From: an uncultured Actinomycetota bacterium
Lineage (GTDB): Bacteria > Actinomycetota > Thermoleophilia > RBG-16-64-13
DNA length: 64,000 bases
NCBI GenBank assembly: GCA_963796315.1
Contig: CAWCLH010000019.1
Location: 256,676-320,675, forward strand
Direction: 5' to 3'
The notes under the pieces: generated by a model
Database searches by the model: none
What the model was told of the DNA's origin: nothing
Seen by the model: the letters and a program-made list of their open reading frames with translations, nothing else
Program-made: the position numbers and the translations under genes
Part shown: positions 9,353-20,143 of the stretch, piece by piece
Layout: every line of letters starts with the position of its first letter
Position numbering within the stretch: the stretch's first letter is position 1

Positions 9353-10353
9353 GCGACTTCATCTTCCTCGTCATCAAGGCCGTCCTGCTGGTCGCCTGCA
9401 TCGTCGGGATGGTGGTCTTCATCATCTACTTCGAGCGCAAGTTCGCCGGCTTCTTCCAGAGCCGGGTGGGCCCCACGTACGCCGGCCCCTACGGCGCCCT
9501 GCAGTCCTTCGGCGACATGGCGAAGCTCATCTCCAAGGAGGACCTGACGCCCGATCAACGCCGACAAGTGGGTGTTCAAGATAGCGCCCTACATCCTGTT
9601 CATCCCGGGCTTCATCTCGATGGCGCTCATCCCCTTCGGGCCGATGGGAGTCAACATCTTCGGCTACAAGGTCGACCTGGTGATGGCCAACTTCGACGCC
9701 GGGGTCATCCTCTTCCTGGCGCTGGGCTCCATCGCCGTGTACGGCATCGTCTTCGGGGGCTGGTCCTCCCGGAACCACTGGGCACTGCTGGGCGCGCTTG
9801 CGCTCCGGCGCTCAGATGATCTCCTACGAGATCTCCATGGGCCTCGCCCTGATCGGCGTCCTGATCATGGCCGGCACGCTGAACTTCGTCCAGATCGTCA
9901 ACCAGCAGGCGGGCAACTTCTGGGACTGGTACTTCATCCCGCAGATCGTCGGCTTCCTCATCTTCTTCGTGGCCAGCATCGCCGAGCTGAACCGGACGCC
10001 CTTCGACATCGCCGAGGGCGAGCAGGAACTGGTGGCCGGCTTCATGACCGAGTACACCGGCATGCGCTGGGGCCTCTACATGTTCGGCGAGTACATCAAC
10101 CTGGTGGTGATGTCCGCGATCATCTCCACCCTCTTCCTGGGGGGCTGGCGCGCCCCCTTCGACTTCCTCAACTTCATCCCCGGGTTCATCTGGCTGATCG
10201 GGAAGGTGATCTTCTTGATCTTCATGTACATGTGGATCCGGTGGACCCTGCCTCCGCTATCGGTACAACCAGCTGATGGACATCGGGTGGAAGATCTTCT
10301 TGCCGCTCGCCATCGCCAACCTGGCCGTCACGGCCATCCTGGTGGTGATCTGA
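9349..10353 (+). pseudogene. nuoH: NADH-quinone oxidoreductase subunit H; three +1 frameshifts as sequenced
   Basis: MSDFIFLVIKAV..FERKFAGFFQSRVGP, then SIAELNRTPFDIAEGEQELVAGFMTEYTGMRW. Frame switches near 9555, 9799 and 10253. The C-terminus [32 protein letters not shown] is recovered only after the third switch. Confidence 0.85.
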
Positions 10354-10356
10354 GTC

Positions 10357-10822
10357 ATGGGCCTCATGGACATCGTCAAGAAAGCGACCTTCTTCGAGAT
10401 CCTCCAGGGGATGTCGGTCACCGGGGGCTACTTCGTCGGTGAGAAGGTCACCGTGGAGTATCCCAAGGAGAAGATCGTGCCCTTTCCGCGGTACCGGGGC
10501 ATGCACGCCTTGATCTCCGATCCGGAGACGGCGGAGCTGAACTGCGACGCCTGCCATCTCTGCGCGACCATCTGCCCCTCCCATTGCATCCACATGGAGA
10601 GCTCCGAGGGCCCCGGACGGACGCAAGCAGCTGGACGAGTTCACCATCGACTTCGCCCGCTGCATCTTCTGCGGCTTCTGCGAGGAAGTCTGCCCTCGGG
10701 CCGCCATCGTCCTGACGCCGGTCTACGAGCTGGCCACGTACGACAAGGCGGACTTCACGTTGACGATGGACAAGCTCATCGCCAACGAGGTGAACGTCCA
10801 TAAAGAAGTCAAGAAGCGCTAG
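10357..10822 (+). pseudogene. nuoI: NADH-quinone oxidoreductase subunit I (2x[4Fe-4S]); one +1 frameshift
   Basis: [12 protein letters not shown] is in frame 1. The second cluster [12 protein letters not shown] is readable only after a switch near 10613. Stop TAG 10820-10822. Confidence 0.85.
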
Positions 10823-10831
10823 GGAGAAGGC

Positions 10832-11415
10832 ATGGTAGAGAAGATCCTCTTCATCGTGTTCGCCGCCCTGGCCGTCGGCGGGGGCCTGGCGACGATCACC
10901 CGGACGAACATGGTCCACGGGCTGATCGCCCTGGTCTTCACGTTCCTGAACATCGCCGCGATCTACCTGCTGACGCAGGCCTACTTCCTCGCGGTCGTCC
11001 AGATCCTGGTCTACGCGGGCGCGATCCTCGTCCTCTTCACCTTCGTCGTCATGTTCCTGGACCTGCCCCTCTACGCCGAGATGGAGCAGCTCCACCGACG
11101 GCAGCGCTGGCTGGCCCTGGTACTGGGGCCTCTCATGCTGGCCGAGCTGCGTCTACGTGCTGACCGGCCTCACCCTGCACTCCGTGGCCGGCGGGCTCTC
11201 GCCGGCGGCCATCGCCGCCGCCGGCGGCAACGTCGCGGATGTTGGGGCAGTCCCTCTTCCAGGACATGCTGCTGCCCTTCGAGGTCGCTTCCCTCATCCT
11301 CCTGGTCGCCATGGTGGGGGCCATCGTCCTGGCCAAGAAGGAAGACTCGATGATCGCGACTCGCGAGTGGGCCGTCGAGGAACCCGACCGCGAGCTCGTA
11401 GAGCAGGAGGTCTAG
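10832..11415 (+). pseudogene. nuoJ: NADH-quinone oxidoreductase subunit J; two +1 frameshifts
   Basis: VQILVYAGAILVLFTFVVM core. Switches near 11150 and 11243 restore GQSLFQDMLLPFEVASLILLVAMVGAIVLAKKE. Confidence 0.8.
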
Positions 11416-11416
11416 C

Positions 11417-11723
11417 GTGAACGCTCCCCATCGAGTGGTACCTGGTCCTCTCCGCCTTCCTCTTCGTCATCGGCGCGGTCGGGGTCATGACCCGGCGCAA
11501 CATGTTCATCGTGCTCTTCTCCATCGAGCTGATGATGAACGCCGTGAACATCAACCTGGTCGGCTTCAGCCGGTTCCACGAGAACCTCATCGGGCAGAAC
11601 TTCGTGCTCTTCACCATGACGGTGGCCGCCGCTGAGGCCGCGGTCGGCCTGGCGATCGTGACGTCGCTCTACCGGAACCGCGAAACGCTGATGGTCGATC
11701 TCTTCGACTCCATGAAGGGATAG
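11417..11723 (+). pseudogene. nuoK: NADH-quinone oxidoreductase subunit K; one +1 frameshift at codon 4
   Basis: GTG AAC GCT then an extra C in a C run near 11427. After it: PIEWYLVLSAFLFVIGAVGVMTRRNMFIVLFSIELMMNAVNINLV. Confidence 0.85.
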
Positions 11724-13640
11724 GTGGACATGAAGGAACTCATCTGGCTGATCCCGGCCCTGCCGCTGGCGGCCTTCCTCATCACCATCCTCTTGGGGAA
11801 GTGGTGGATCAAGGAGACGCGCACTGGCTGCCCATCCTGGCCATGGCCGGCATCGTTCGTGCTCTCGGTCGGGGCGTTCTTCAGAGCCCGGCAGCCGGAG
11901 CAGCCCTCGTGCTCAAGCTGTGGGATTGGATCGTCGTGGGCAGCTTCAACGTGCCCATCGCCCTCCAGCTCGACCAGCTCTCCGCCGTCATGCTCCTGGT
12001 GGTCACCGGCGTGGGACTCCTGATCTTCATCTACTCCAAGGGCTACATGCACGGCGACCCGGGCTACTACCGCTTCTACGCCTATCTCTGCCTCTTCGCC
12101 TTCAGCATGCTGATGCTGGTCCTGGGGGGCAACTACCTGCTGCTCTACTTCGGCTGGGAAGCGGTGGGCCTGTGCTCCTACTACCTGATCGGCTTCTACT
12201 ACCACAAGCAGTCGGCCGCGGCGGCCGGGAAGAAGGCCTTCCTGACCAACCGCGTGGGCGACTTCGGCTTCGGCCTGGGCATCATGCTCATCTTCACGAC
12301 CGTCGGCACGCTGAACTACACGGGAGTCTTCGAGAAGGTGGAGGCCGGCGGCATCGGCCAGGGCACCCTGACCGCGATCGCCCTGCTGCTCTTCATGGGG
12401 GCCATGGGCAAGTCGGCCCAGTTCCCGCTGCACGTCTGGCTGCCGGACGCCATGGAGGGCCCCACCCCCGTCTCCGCCCTCATCCATGCCGCCACCATGG
12501 TCACCGCCGGGGTCTACATGGTGGCCCGCAGCAACGTCATCTTCGCCAGCGCACCAGACGCCATGCTGGTGGTGGGCGGTCATCGGGGCCTTCACGGCCC
12601 TCTTCGCGGCCATCATCGGCATCGCGCAGAACGACATCAAACGGGTGCTGGCCTACTCCACCGTCTCCCAGCTGGGCTTCATGTTCATGGCCCTGGGGGT
12701 GGGCGCCTGGGCGGTGGCCATCTTCCACCTGGTGACGCACGCCTTCTTCAAGGCCCTGCTCTTCCTGGGGTCCGGCTCCGTGATCCACGCCCTGTCCGGC
12801 GAGCAGGACATGCGCATGATGGGAGGCGTTGGCGAAGAGGATCCCCTACACGTACTGGATACCTTCATGGCCGGCGTCCCTGGCTCTGGCGGGCATCTTC
12901 CCGTTCGCCGGCTTCTGGTCCAAGGACGAGATCCTGGGCATGCAACTTCGCGGGCGGCAAGTACGTCATCTGGGCCGTCGGCATCGTCGCCGCCTTCATC
13001 ACCGCCTTCTACACCTTCCGCATGATCTTCATGACCTTCTGGAACGAGTCGCGGATGGACCCCGAGGTGGAGCATCACGTGCACGAGAGCCCCTGGGTGA
13101 TGATCGGTGCCGCTCATCATCCTGGCCTTCTTCTCGCTGGTGCCGGCTTCGCGCTGGGCATCCCGGTGGACGGCGGCCCCATCCACACTTACCTGGAGCC
13201 GGTGTTCGCGCCGGGCAACGCGATCCTGGGGTTGGAGCACGAGGGCGCTACGGCGACGACCTACATCCTGATGCTGGTCTCGCTGGCGGTGGCCATGGCC
13301 GGGATCGCTCTGGCCTACGTCTTCTACGTGCCTCGCCGCAAGGAGCTCCCGCAGCGGGCGGGCGCGGCGGTGCCGGTGCTCTACCGGGCCGTGCTGCAAC
13401 AAGTGGTACATCGACGAGATCTATAACGCGACCATCATCCGCCTCGTGGTGGACGGTTCCCGTTGGGTCTGGCGGTCTGTCGACGCCGCCGTGATCGACG
13501 GGGCGGTAAACGGGGTGGCGAAGCTCTGGGAACTCGGCGGACGCGCGGTCAGACCGGCCCAGACGGGCAGGGTCCAGAACTACGCGGGCGTCATGTTCCT
13601 GGCGGTCTTCGTCATCGTGACCGCGGTGATCTTCTTCTAG
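11724..13640 (+). pseudogene. nuoL: NADH-quinone oxidoreductase subunit L; at least 8 frameshifts (insertions and some deletions)
   Basis: Conserved blocks are spread over three frames: [99 protein letters not shown]. The C-terminus NKWYIDEIYN..VIFF* ends at 13640. Confidence 0.85.
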
Positions 13641-13663
13641 CCGCCGGACGAGGAGGAGCGAGA

Positions 13664-15229
13664 GTGGAATTCGGATTCGCTGAGCAGCTGGGCTTCAGGG
13701 GCCTCACCTACCTCACCTTGTTGCCGGTGGCGGGGGCCCTCATCATGCTCCTCTTCCTGAGGGGCCGGGCGAGCGCGTACAAGGCCACGGCACTGGTGAC
13801 GTCGCTGGCCACCTTCGCCTTGAGCGTCTACCTCTACACCCAATTCAAGACCGACACCGCGGCCTTCCAGTTCCAGGAGAACTTCCGCTGGATCGAGAGC
13901 TTCGGTATCCGCTACCACGTGGGCGTGGACGGCATCTCCATGCTGATGATCATGCTGACCACGTTCCTGTCGGTCATCGCCATCATCGGCTCCTGGAACT
14001 ACGTCAAGGACCGGGAGCTCGCCTTCTTCATCAGCCTGCTCCTCCTGGAGACGGGCATGATCGGCGTGTTCACCGCCATGGACCTGTTCCTCTTCTACGT
14101 GTTCTGGGAGATCCAGCTGATCCCCATGTACTTCATCATCGGGATCTGGGGGGGCGAACGGCGGATCTACGCCGCCATCAAGTTCTTCCTCTACACCTTC
14201 GCCGGCTCGGTGCTGATGCTGGTCGCCATCCTGGCGGTGGTGTTCTGGTACAGCAGTCACGGCGCCGGCGGCGTCACCTTCGACATCCTGACCCTGCAGA
14301 AGGCGGGCTTCCCCTCGGGCATCGCGTTCTGGGCCTTCCTGGCCTTCTTCGCCGCCTTCGCCATCAAGGTGCCGATGTTCCCGGTCCACACCTGGCTCCC
14401 GGACGCCCACGTGGAGGCTCCCACCGCGGGCTCGGTCATCCTGGCCGGCGTCCTGCTGAAGATGGGCGTCTACGGCATGATCCGCTTCTGCATCGGCTTC
14501 TTCCCGGAGATGTCGATCAAGGCGGTGCCGTACGTCATGATCTTCTCGGTGATCGCCATCATCTACGGCGCCGCGGTCTCCCTGGTGCAGCCCGACATGA
14601 AGAAGCTGGTGGCCTACTCCTCGGTCAGCCACATGGGCTTCGTCACCGGCGGGCTCTTCGCCTTCAACCTGCAAGGGGTGCAGGGCTCCATACTCCAGAT
14701 GATCAACCACGGCATCCTGACGGGCGCTCTGTTCCAGATGGTGGGCTTCTTCTACGAGCGGACCCACACCCGCCAGATCAAGGACTACGGCGGCATGGCC
14801 CGGCCCCTGCCGGTGGCGGCCGCCTTCTTCAGCCTGTTCGTCCTGGGCAGCCTGGGGCTACCCGGCCTGAACGGGTTCGTGGGCGAGTTCCTCATCCTGC
14901 TGGGCATCTTCCAGTACGCCAAGGTGGCGGCCGTCTTCGCGTCGATCGCCCTGATCCTGGGGGCCGCCTACCTGCTCTGGATGTACCAGCGCACCATGTT
15001 CCAGGAACTGACCAACCAGAAGTGGCTCAAGCTGCACGACCTCAACGCTCGGGAGATCTTCACCCTGGTGCCGCTGGCGGCCATCGCCCTGTTCATCGGC
15101 CTCTACCCGGCACCGTTCCTGGAGCTGATCCGGGCCCCCTCCGAGAACATCATGGCCCAGGTGCAGCCGTACCTGGCGCAGAAGCAGTCGCTGTTGCAAT
15201 TCGCGAGCACGTTCTTGGGAGGGCTGTAA
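13664..15229 (+). CDS. nuoM: NADH-quinone oxidoreductase subunit M
   Basis: Intact. GTG 13664 follows RBS AGGAGGA, and the listed ORF extends upstream into nuoL. Motifs VPMFPVHTWLPDAHVEAPTAGSVILAGVLLKMG and KKLVAYSSVSHMGF. Confidence 0.9.
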   Translation: MEFGFAEQLGFRGLTYLTLLPVAGALIMLLFLRGRASAYKATALVTSLATFALSVYLYTQFKTDTAAFQFQENFRWIESFGIRYHVGVDGISMLMIMLTTFLSVIAIIGSWNYVKDRELAFFISLLLLETGMIGVFTAMDLFLFYVFWEIQLIPMYFIIGIWGGERRIYAAIKFFLYTFAGSVLMLVAILAVVFWYSSHGAGGVTFDILTLQKAGFPSGIAFWAFLAFFAAFAIKVPMFPVHTWLPDAHVEAPTAGSVILAGVLLKMGVYGMIRFCIGFFPEMSIKAVPYVMIFSVIAIIYGAAVSLVQPDMKKLVAYSSVSHMGFVTGGLFAFNLQGVQGSILQMINHGILTGALFQMVGFFYERTHTRQIKDYGGMARPLPVAAAFFSLFVLGSLGLPGLNGFVGEFLILLGIFQYAKVAAVFASIALILGAAYLLWMYQRTMFQELTNQKWLKLHDLNAREIFTLVPLAAIALFIGLYPAPFLELIRAPSENIMAQVQPYLAQKQSLLQFASTFLGGL

Positions 15230-15230
15230 G

Positions 15231-16693
15231 GTGCCGACGCCTGATGTGACCCCGATCATCCCCGAGATCATCCTCGCGGTGACGGCCTGCCTGGTGCTGC
15301 TGGTCGAGACCTTCCTCAAGAAGGACAAGACGGCGTGGTGGCCATCGCCGTCACCGGTCTGCTCGCCGCGGGGATCGTCGCTCTGGGCTCTGGCCGGCGA
15401 GACCCGCGCCAGCTTCAACAACATGATCGTGCTGAACCGGTACACGGCGTTCTTCTGCGTCCTGTTCGCGGCGCGGCGGGATCCTGACCGTGCTGATGTC
15501 GCCCCGGTACCTGGAGACGTACGACCGGAACCTGGGCGAGTACTACGCCATGCTCCTGTTCGCCATCACGGGCATGATGCTGATGGCCGCCTCCCGCGAC
15601 CTCATCGCCTTCTACGTTGGTCTGGAGTTGATGGCCATCAGCAGCTACCTGCTCGCCGGGTACCTCCGCTACCAGGCGCGCTCGAACGAGGCCGCACTCA
15701 AGTACTTCGTGACCGGCACCTTCGCTTCCGGCCTGACCCTCTACGGGATCTCCATCGTCTACGGGCTCAGCGGCTCCACCAACTACCAGGAGGTGGGGCA
15801 GGCGCTGATGGCGGCGGGCAACAGCACCGGGCTCAAGGTGGCGACGCGCTCTGGTGGTCGCCGGGCTGGGCTTCAAGGTGTCGATGGCGCCCTTCCACAT
15901 GTGGACCCCCGACGTGTACGAGGGCGCGCCCACCCCCATCGCCGGCTTCTTCTCCGTCGGTCCGAAGGCCGCGGGCTTCTCCGCCCTCTTGATGATGCTT
16001 CCTCACCGTCTTCCAGGCGCTCGATGGATACCTGGAGGGTGCTCTTCCTGGTGCTCTGCCTGATCACCATGATCACGGGGAACCTCTTCGCCCTGGTGCA
16101 GAAGAACCTCAAGCGGATGCTGGCCTATTCCTCCATCGCCCACGTGGGCTACCTGCTCGCCGGCCTGACCGCGCTGGGTCAGGGGATCGATCAGCTGGCC
16201 GGCCAGGCCATCCTGCTCTATCTGGCGGCCTACACCTTCATGAACCTGGGCGCCTTCGGGATCCTGGCCTACCTCAAGGCGCAGGAGCCGGAGAAGTTCG
16301 ACTACAGTCTGTCCGACATCGCCGGGCTGGGGCGGCGCTCTCCCTGGGCGGCCGTGCTGCTGGCCCTGTTCATGTTCTCGCTGACGGGGATCCCCGGCAC
16401 GGCCGGCTTCATCGGGAAGTTCTACCTGTTCAACGCGGTGGTGCGCGCGGACCTGACCTGGCTGGCCGTCGATCGCCGTCATCTTCAGCGCCGTGTCCGC
16501 CTTCTACTACCTGCGGGTGGTCATGTACTCGTTCTTCCGCGAGCCGGAGGAGGAGTTCGCGACCCGCGAGCCCATCGCCGGTTCCATGGCCGCCTCCCTC
16601 GCGCTCTGCGCGGCGGGCGTGCTGATCATCGGCATCGTGCCCATGGGCGTCTGGAACTCCGCCATCAGCGCCTTCGGCAACTTCTTCGGGTGA
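15231..16693 (+). pseudogene. nuoN: NADH-quinone oxidoreductase subunit N; at least 6 frameshifts
   Basis: GTG 15231 is 1 nt after the nuoM stop. Blocks [58 protein letters not shown] and KRMLAYSSIAHVGY lie in different frames. The C-terminus ends at TGA 16691-16693. Confidence 0.85.
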
Positions 16694-16738
16694 TCGGCAC
16701 GCCCGGTCCGGCGGCCGGCGTGCCCAAGAGATGAGACC

Positions 16739-16768
16739 CACGACGGGCCCTCCTCGGAGGGCCCGTCG
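16739..16768. terminator. GC-rich hairpin between convergent nuoN and the transglutaminase-like gene
   Basis: ACGACGGGCCCTCC / GGAGGGCCCGTCGT inverted repeat, read directly. Confidence 0.55.
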
Positions 16769-16779
16769 TCTCGTACGGG

Positions 16780-17457
16780 TCAGCTGCGGCTGGTCTCCAG
16801 GTCCCGCGGTCGCGGAGAGCGGTCCCGGCCGGGCAGTCGAAGCAGACGGGACGGCAGGAAGCCACCCGCGAGGAAGAGGGCCATCACTCCCACCAGGAGC
16901 GCCCCTTTGCGGTCGGCCGGCATGGGGTACCAGTGGAAGGCCACCCGCTGGTCCACGATGTCGCGGATGGGGAACTTGTCGGGCAGGCTGGCGAACCACC
17001 CTTTGCCCCCTCCGGAGACGAAGGCCGTGCCGGGATCGGTCAGCGTCGAGGTCACCTGCCGGCCCGGGTAGTCCACCCAGACATGGTCGAACGAGTAGCG
17101 CAGCGTGAAGGGCAGGCCCTTGGCCTTCATGAGGCTGGCCATGAGCAGGGCCTGGGCCTGGCAGTCGCCGGCGCGGTCCCGTAGGACCTCCTTGACGGTG
17201 GGGAAGTACCAGGGCTGGTGGTAGACGTCCCAGGCGGAGGCGTAGCGCACGTAGCCCATGGAGAAGCGCTCGATGGCGTGCGGATCGTTGGGGAGGGTGG
17301 CCGCCAGCCCTCGGACCGCCTGGGCGTCGATGGGCGGCCGGATCAGTCGGCCGACCGAGGTCGTGAAGACGCGGGGGTCGGGGTAGAGCACCAGGCCCAC
17401 CCAGAGCAGCATGGCGAAGAGGGCCAGAAGGTTACGGCGTAGCTTGCGGGACGGCAT
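16780..17457 (-). CDS. Membrane-anchored transglutaminase-like (Cys-protease fold) protein
   Basis: ATG 17457 (MPSRKLRRNLLALFAMLLWVGLVL). The listed ORF extends upstream into ggt. GDCQAQALLMASLMKAKG .. FDHVWV resembles the transglutaminase-core Cys/His arrangement. There is a C-terminal TM segment. Confidence 0.6.
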   Translation of the reverse strand: MPSRKLRRNLLALFAMLLWVGLVLYPDPRVFTTSVGRLIRPPIDAQAVRGLAATLPNDPHAIERFSMGYVRYASAWDVYHQPWYFPTVKEVLRDRAGDCQAQALLMASLMKAKGLPFTLRYSFDHVWVDYPGRQVTSTLTDPGTAFVSGGGKGWFASLPDKFPIRDIVDQRVAFHWYPMPADRKGALLVGVMALFLAGGFLPSRLLRLPGRDRSPRPRDLETSRS

Positions 17458-17645
17458 GAGGTGCTTTCGTCTCCCCTGCTCGACGAAAAGGTACCTTCTA
17501 GTATACCCAGCAGGAGCGGCCCCGACCGCGGGGCCTCGGCCGGGCAGTGAGTCCCCGCGGACGCGACGGGCGGCCACAGCGGCGAGGCAGGCCGGGCGGA
17601 GGGCGGCCACGGTCGGGCGAGCGCGAGCCGGCGCCGAGCGCCCGG

Positions 17646-19244
17646 TCAGGCGAAGATGGCCACCCCGCCTCGACGGGGATCGCCCGCCGCCGTCGAAATG
17701 GGTGCCGCCGGAGCCGGAGAGGCGGGCGGCCACCTGGACGCCGCCGAAGTAGAGGTCGCGGACCGGCCAGGCGTTGATGGGATGGCCGTCGGCCCGCAGG
17801 CTCTGGCGCGACGCCGTCCGGCAGCCCGGGCTCCAGCTGGACCACGGTCGGCTGCTCGGTGGAGGGCGGGAGGTGCAGCCGGGGTGCGTCCACCGCCTCC
17901 TGGGCCGGCAGGCCGCGGTCGATGATGTTGACCAGCACCTGGGTGATGGCCGAGCGCAGGCGCTCGCTCCCCGCGCTGCCCAGGGCGATCAGTTCGCCGT
18001 CAGGGGGAGGGCCGCCGCAGGCGATGGTGGGCGCCATCATGGAGGTCAGCCGGGCTCCCGGCGGCAGGCTGAAGAAGCCTCCCGGGTTGAGGTCGCGCTC
18101 GCCCATCATGTTGTTCATGATGATGCCCGTGCCTTCGACCACCACCCCGGAGCCCGAGCCGCAGGAGGAGGTCAGCGACACGGCCAGCCCGTCCCGGTCG
18201 ATGACGGCGACGTGGGTGGTGCTCCCGACCCCTCCCGGCTTGGCCCGCGAGCCGTACCGCTCCACGTGGGCGCGCTCCAGGAAGGCCTCGGCGAAACCGG
18301 GCTCGCCCATGCGAAGGTTGAAGACCTCGTCGCGGGCCCGCTCGGTCGCGGCGAACGCGGTGACGAGGGCCCGGGCCAGGGTCTCGCCGTCGAGGCCGGC
18401 GAGGGGCACGCGGTCCAGCAGGGCCAGCGTGAACGCGATCAGCGTGCCCCCGGAGCTGGGCAGTGGGTTGGTCAGGATGGTCCGGCCCCGGTAGGGGATG
18501 GAGACCGGGTCGCGAAGGGCGACCTCGTAGCCTCGGAGGTCTTCCGCGGTGATCAGGCCGCCCTCGTCTCTCCATGAACTCGGTGATCCGGGCCGCGTAG
18601 GCGCCGTGGGTGAAGGGTTCCGCGCCGTCGCGGCCGAAGGTCTCCAGCGCCTCGGCCAGTCCCGGCACCCGCACGCGGTCCCCGGCGCGCAGTAGGGAAC
18701 CGCGCGGGGCGAAGATCTGGGCCATCCCCTGGGTGCCGGTCAGCAGTCCCTCGAGGATGTCGTGGAGGTAGTCCTGCTGGGGGACGAGGACGGCCCCGTC
18801 TCGGGCGAGGCGGACCGCCGGGGCGATGGCGTCGGCCAGCGGCAGGCGCCCGTGCCGGCCGTGCAGGGCGGCCAGCCCGGGCACGATGCCGGGGATGGCG
18901 CAGGAGGCCGGACCCACGTGGAACACCTGGGTGGTGGCCTTGAACGGCACCTCGTAGGGGTGGATGACGGCGCGCTCGGCCAGGTCCGCGTCGCTCCTGC
19001 CCTGCCCGCTGGCGGAGACGAAGAAGTCCAGCAACTCGGCGGCGCCGTCGGGGGTGCGCACGAGGGCGAAGCCGCCGGCGCCCAGGCCGGTGAGGGAGGC
19101 TTCCGCCGTCATCGAGGCGCAGACGGCGGCCACCGCCGCGTCGGCGGCATTCCCGCCCGCGCGCAGCACCGCGGCGCCCGCCTCCGCCGTGGCCGGGTGG
19201 CCGCCGGCGACGACGCCCAGGGGTGTCGGTTGGACCGCGGTCAC
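17646..19244 (-). pseudogene. ggt: Gamma-glutamyltranspeptidase; three +1 frameshifts
   Basis: GGHPATAEAGAAVLRAGGNAADAAVA N-terminus and nucleophile region GGVGSTTHVAVIDRDG. Switches near 18568, 17800 and 17680 restore GLITAEDLRGYEV.., SLRADGHPINAWPVRDLYFGGVQ and DPRRGGVAIFA*. Confidence 0.85.
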
Positions 19245-19252
19245 GGGGAGGG

Positions 19253-19996
19253 TCAGTCCGCGGGCGAGGCCGGCGGTGCGCCCTGCGGATCCGGCGATGC
19301 GGACCCGCCTCCAGCGCCGGCCGCGGGCGAGGCCGGCGGTGCGGGTGTCGCGGACCCGCCTTCGGCGCTGCTCCGCTCCCGCTTGAGCGCGGACCAGAGC
19401 AGGTCGGCCAGGATGCGCAGGTCCTGGAGGGGCAGGTTCCGGGCGCCGCTCCGCTCGTAGAGGACCTTGGCCTTCGCCGGGAACTCCTCGTCGGCGAGCC
19501 AGAGGGCCAGCACCATCGGCACCCGGGGGAGCGGGTGGAACACCAGGGCGACGTCGGCCAGGTCGGCCGGCCGCCCGCCCAGCGGGCGGCCGGCCGCCAG
19601 GAAGGCCTCGGCAGACTCCCCGAAGGCGGCGGCCAGGGGCTGCTCCACCTCGCGGGTGACCGTGTTGGCGTAGAAGAGGCCGTCGGGGATCTCCCGGTAG
19701 CCGATCCAGTCCTCTGCCGGCTCGCTGCCGGTGGCGGTCGCCAGGTAGTGGAGCGCGATCAGCCGCCAGGGGAAGGTCTGCAGCAGGGGATGCTCGGCCC
19801 GGAAGGTCAGGTCCGGCCAGTCGATGCGGGCCACCCCACCGAAGGCCGGCACGATGAGGCTTCCGACCCCCTCCGACTCGCCCGGGACCCACTCCAGTCC
19901 GGCCCTCTGGGCCAGGCGGGCCGGGTCGGCCCCGCGGAGGGCATCCTCGGCGGCCCGGTAGGTCTCCTCGTGCTTCTCCTGGTTCGTCGGCCCCAC
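19253..19996 (-). CDS. DUF3786-like protein with an Ala/Pro/Gly/Ser-rich tail
   Basis: GTG 19996 follows GAAGGGGGAG. Only the last 248 codons of the listed 761-aa ORF look real. The pattern ..YREIPDGLFYANTVTREVEQPLA..ALWLADEEFPAKAKVLYERS.. matches my memory of DUF3786. Confidence 0.5.
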   Translation of the reverse strand: MGPTNQEKHEETYRAAEDALRGADPARLAQRAGLEWVPGESEGVGSLIVPAFGGVARIDWPDLTFRAEHPLLQTFPWRLIALHYLATATGSEPAEDWIGYREIPDGLFYANTVTREVEQPLAAAFGESAEAFLAAGRPLGGRPADLADVALVFHPLPRVPMVLALWLADEEFPAKAKVLYERSGARNLPLQDLRILADLLWSALKRERSSAEGGSATPAPPASPAAGAGGGSASPDPQGAPPASPAD

Positions 19997-20143
19997 TCGC
20001 TCCCCCTTCGTACGGGCTCGGCCACTATACCAGCGGCGCCCATTTCCCCGTGTCCCCCCCTCCGCTAGAATGGACCGATCCGTCCGCCTCCCTGGGACGG
20101 GGACGTGCCGCCGTCGGGGTAGACCGGGACAGAAGGAGCGCCG

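Noticed and set aside
13463-13663. Upstream extension of the nuoM ORF (588 aa as listed)
   Set aside because: The extension overlaps the 3' end of nuoL and translates as Arg/Gly-rich filler. GTG 13664 follows AGGAGGA and gives a normal NuoM N-terminus.
8800-16700. Frameshifts as programmed recoding, transcriptional slippage or RNA editing
   Set aside because: I looked for a shared slippery heptamer, a fixed inserted base or a constant context at about 20 sites and found none. The inserted bases include A, T, G and C, and only some lie in homopolymers. The near-identical internal repeats differ by exactly these indels, which points to random events. Sequencing error is the likelier source, and mutation is less likely.
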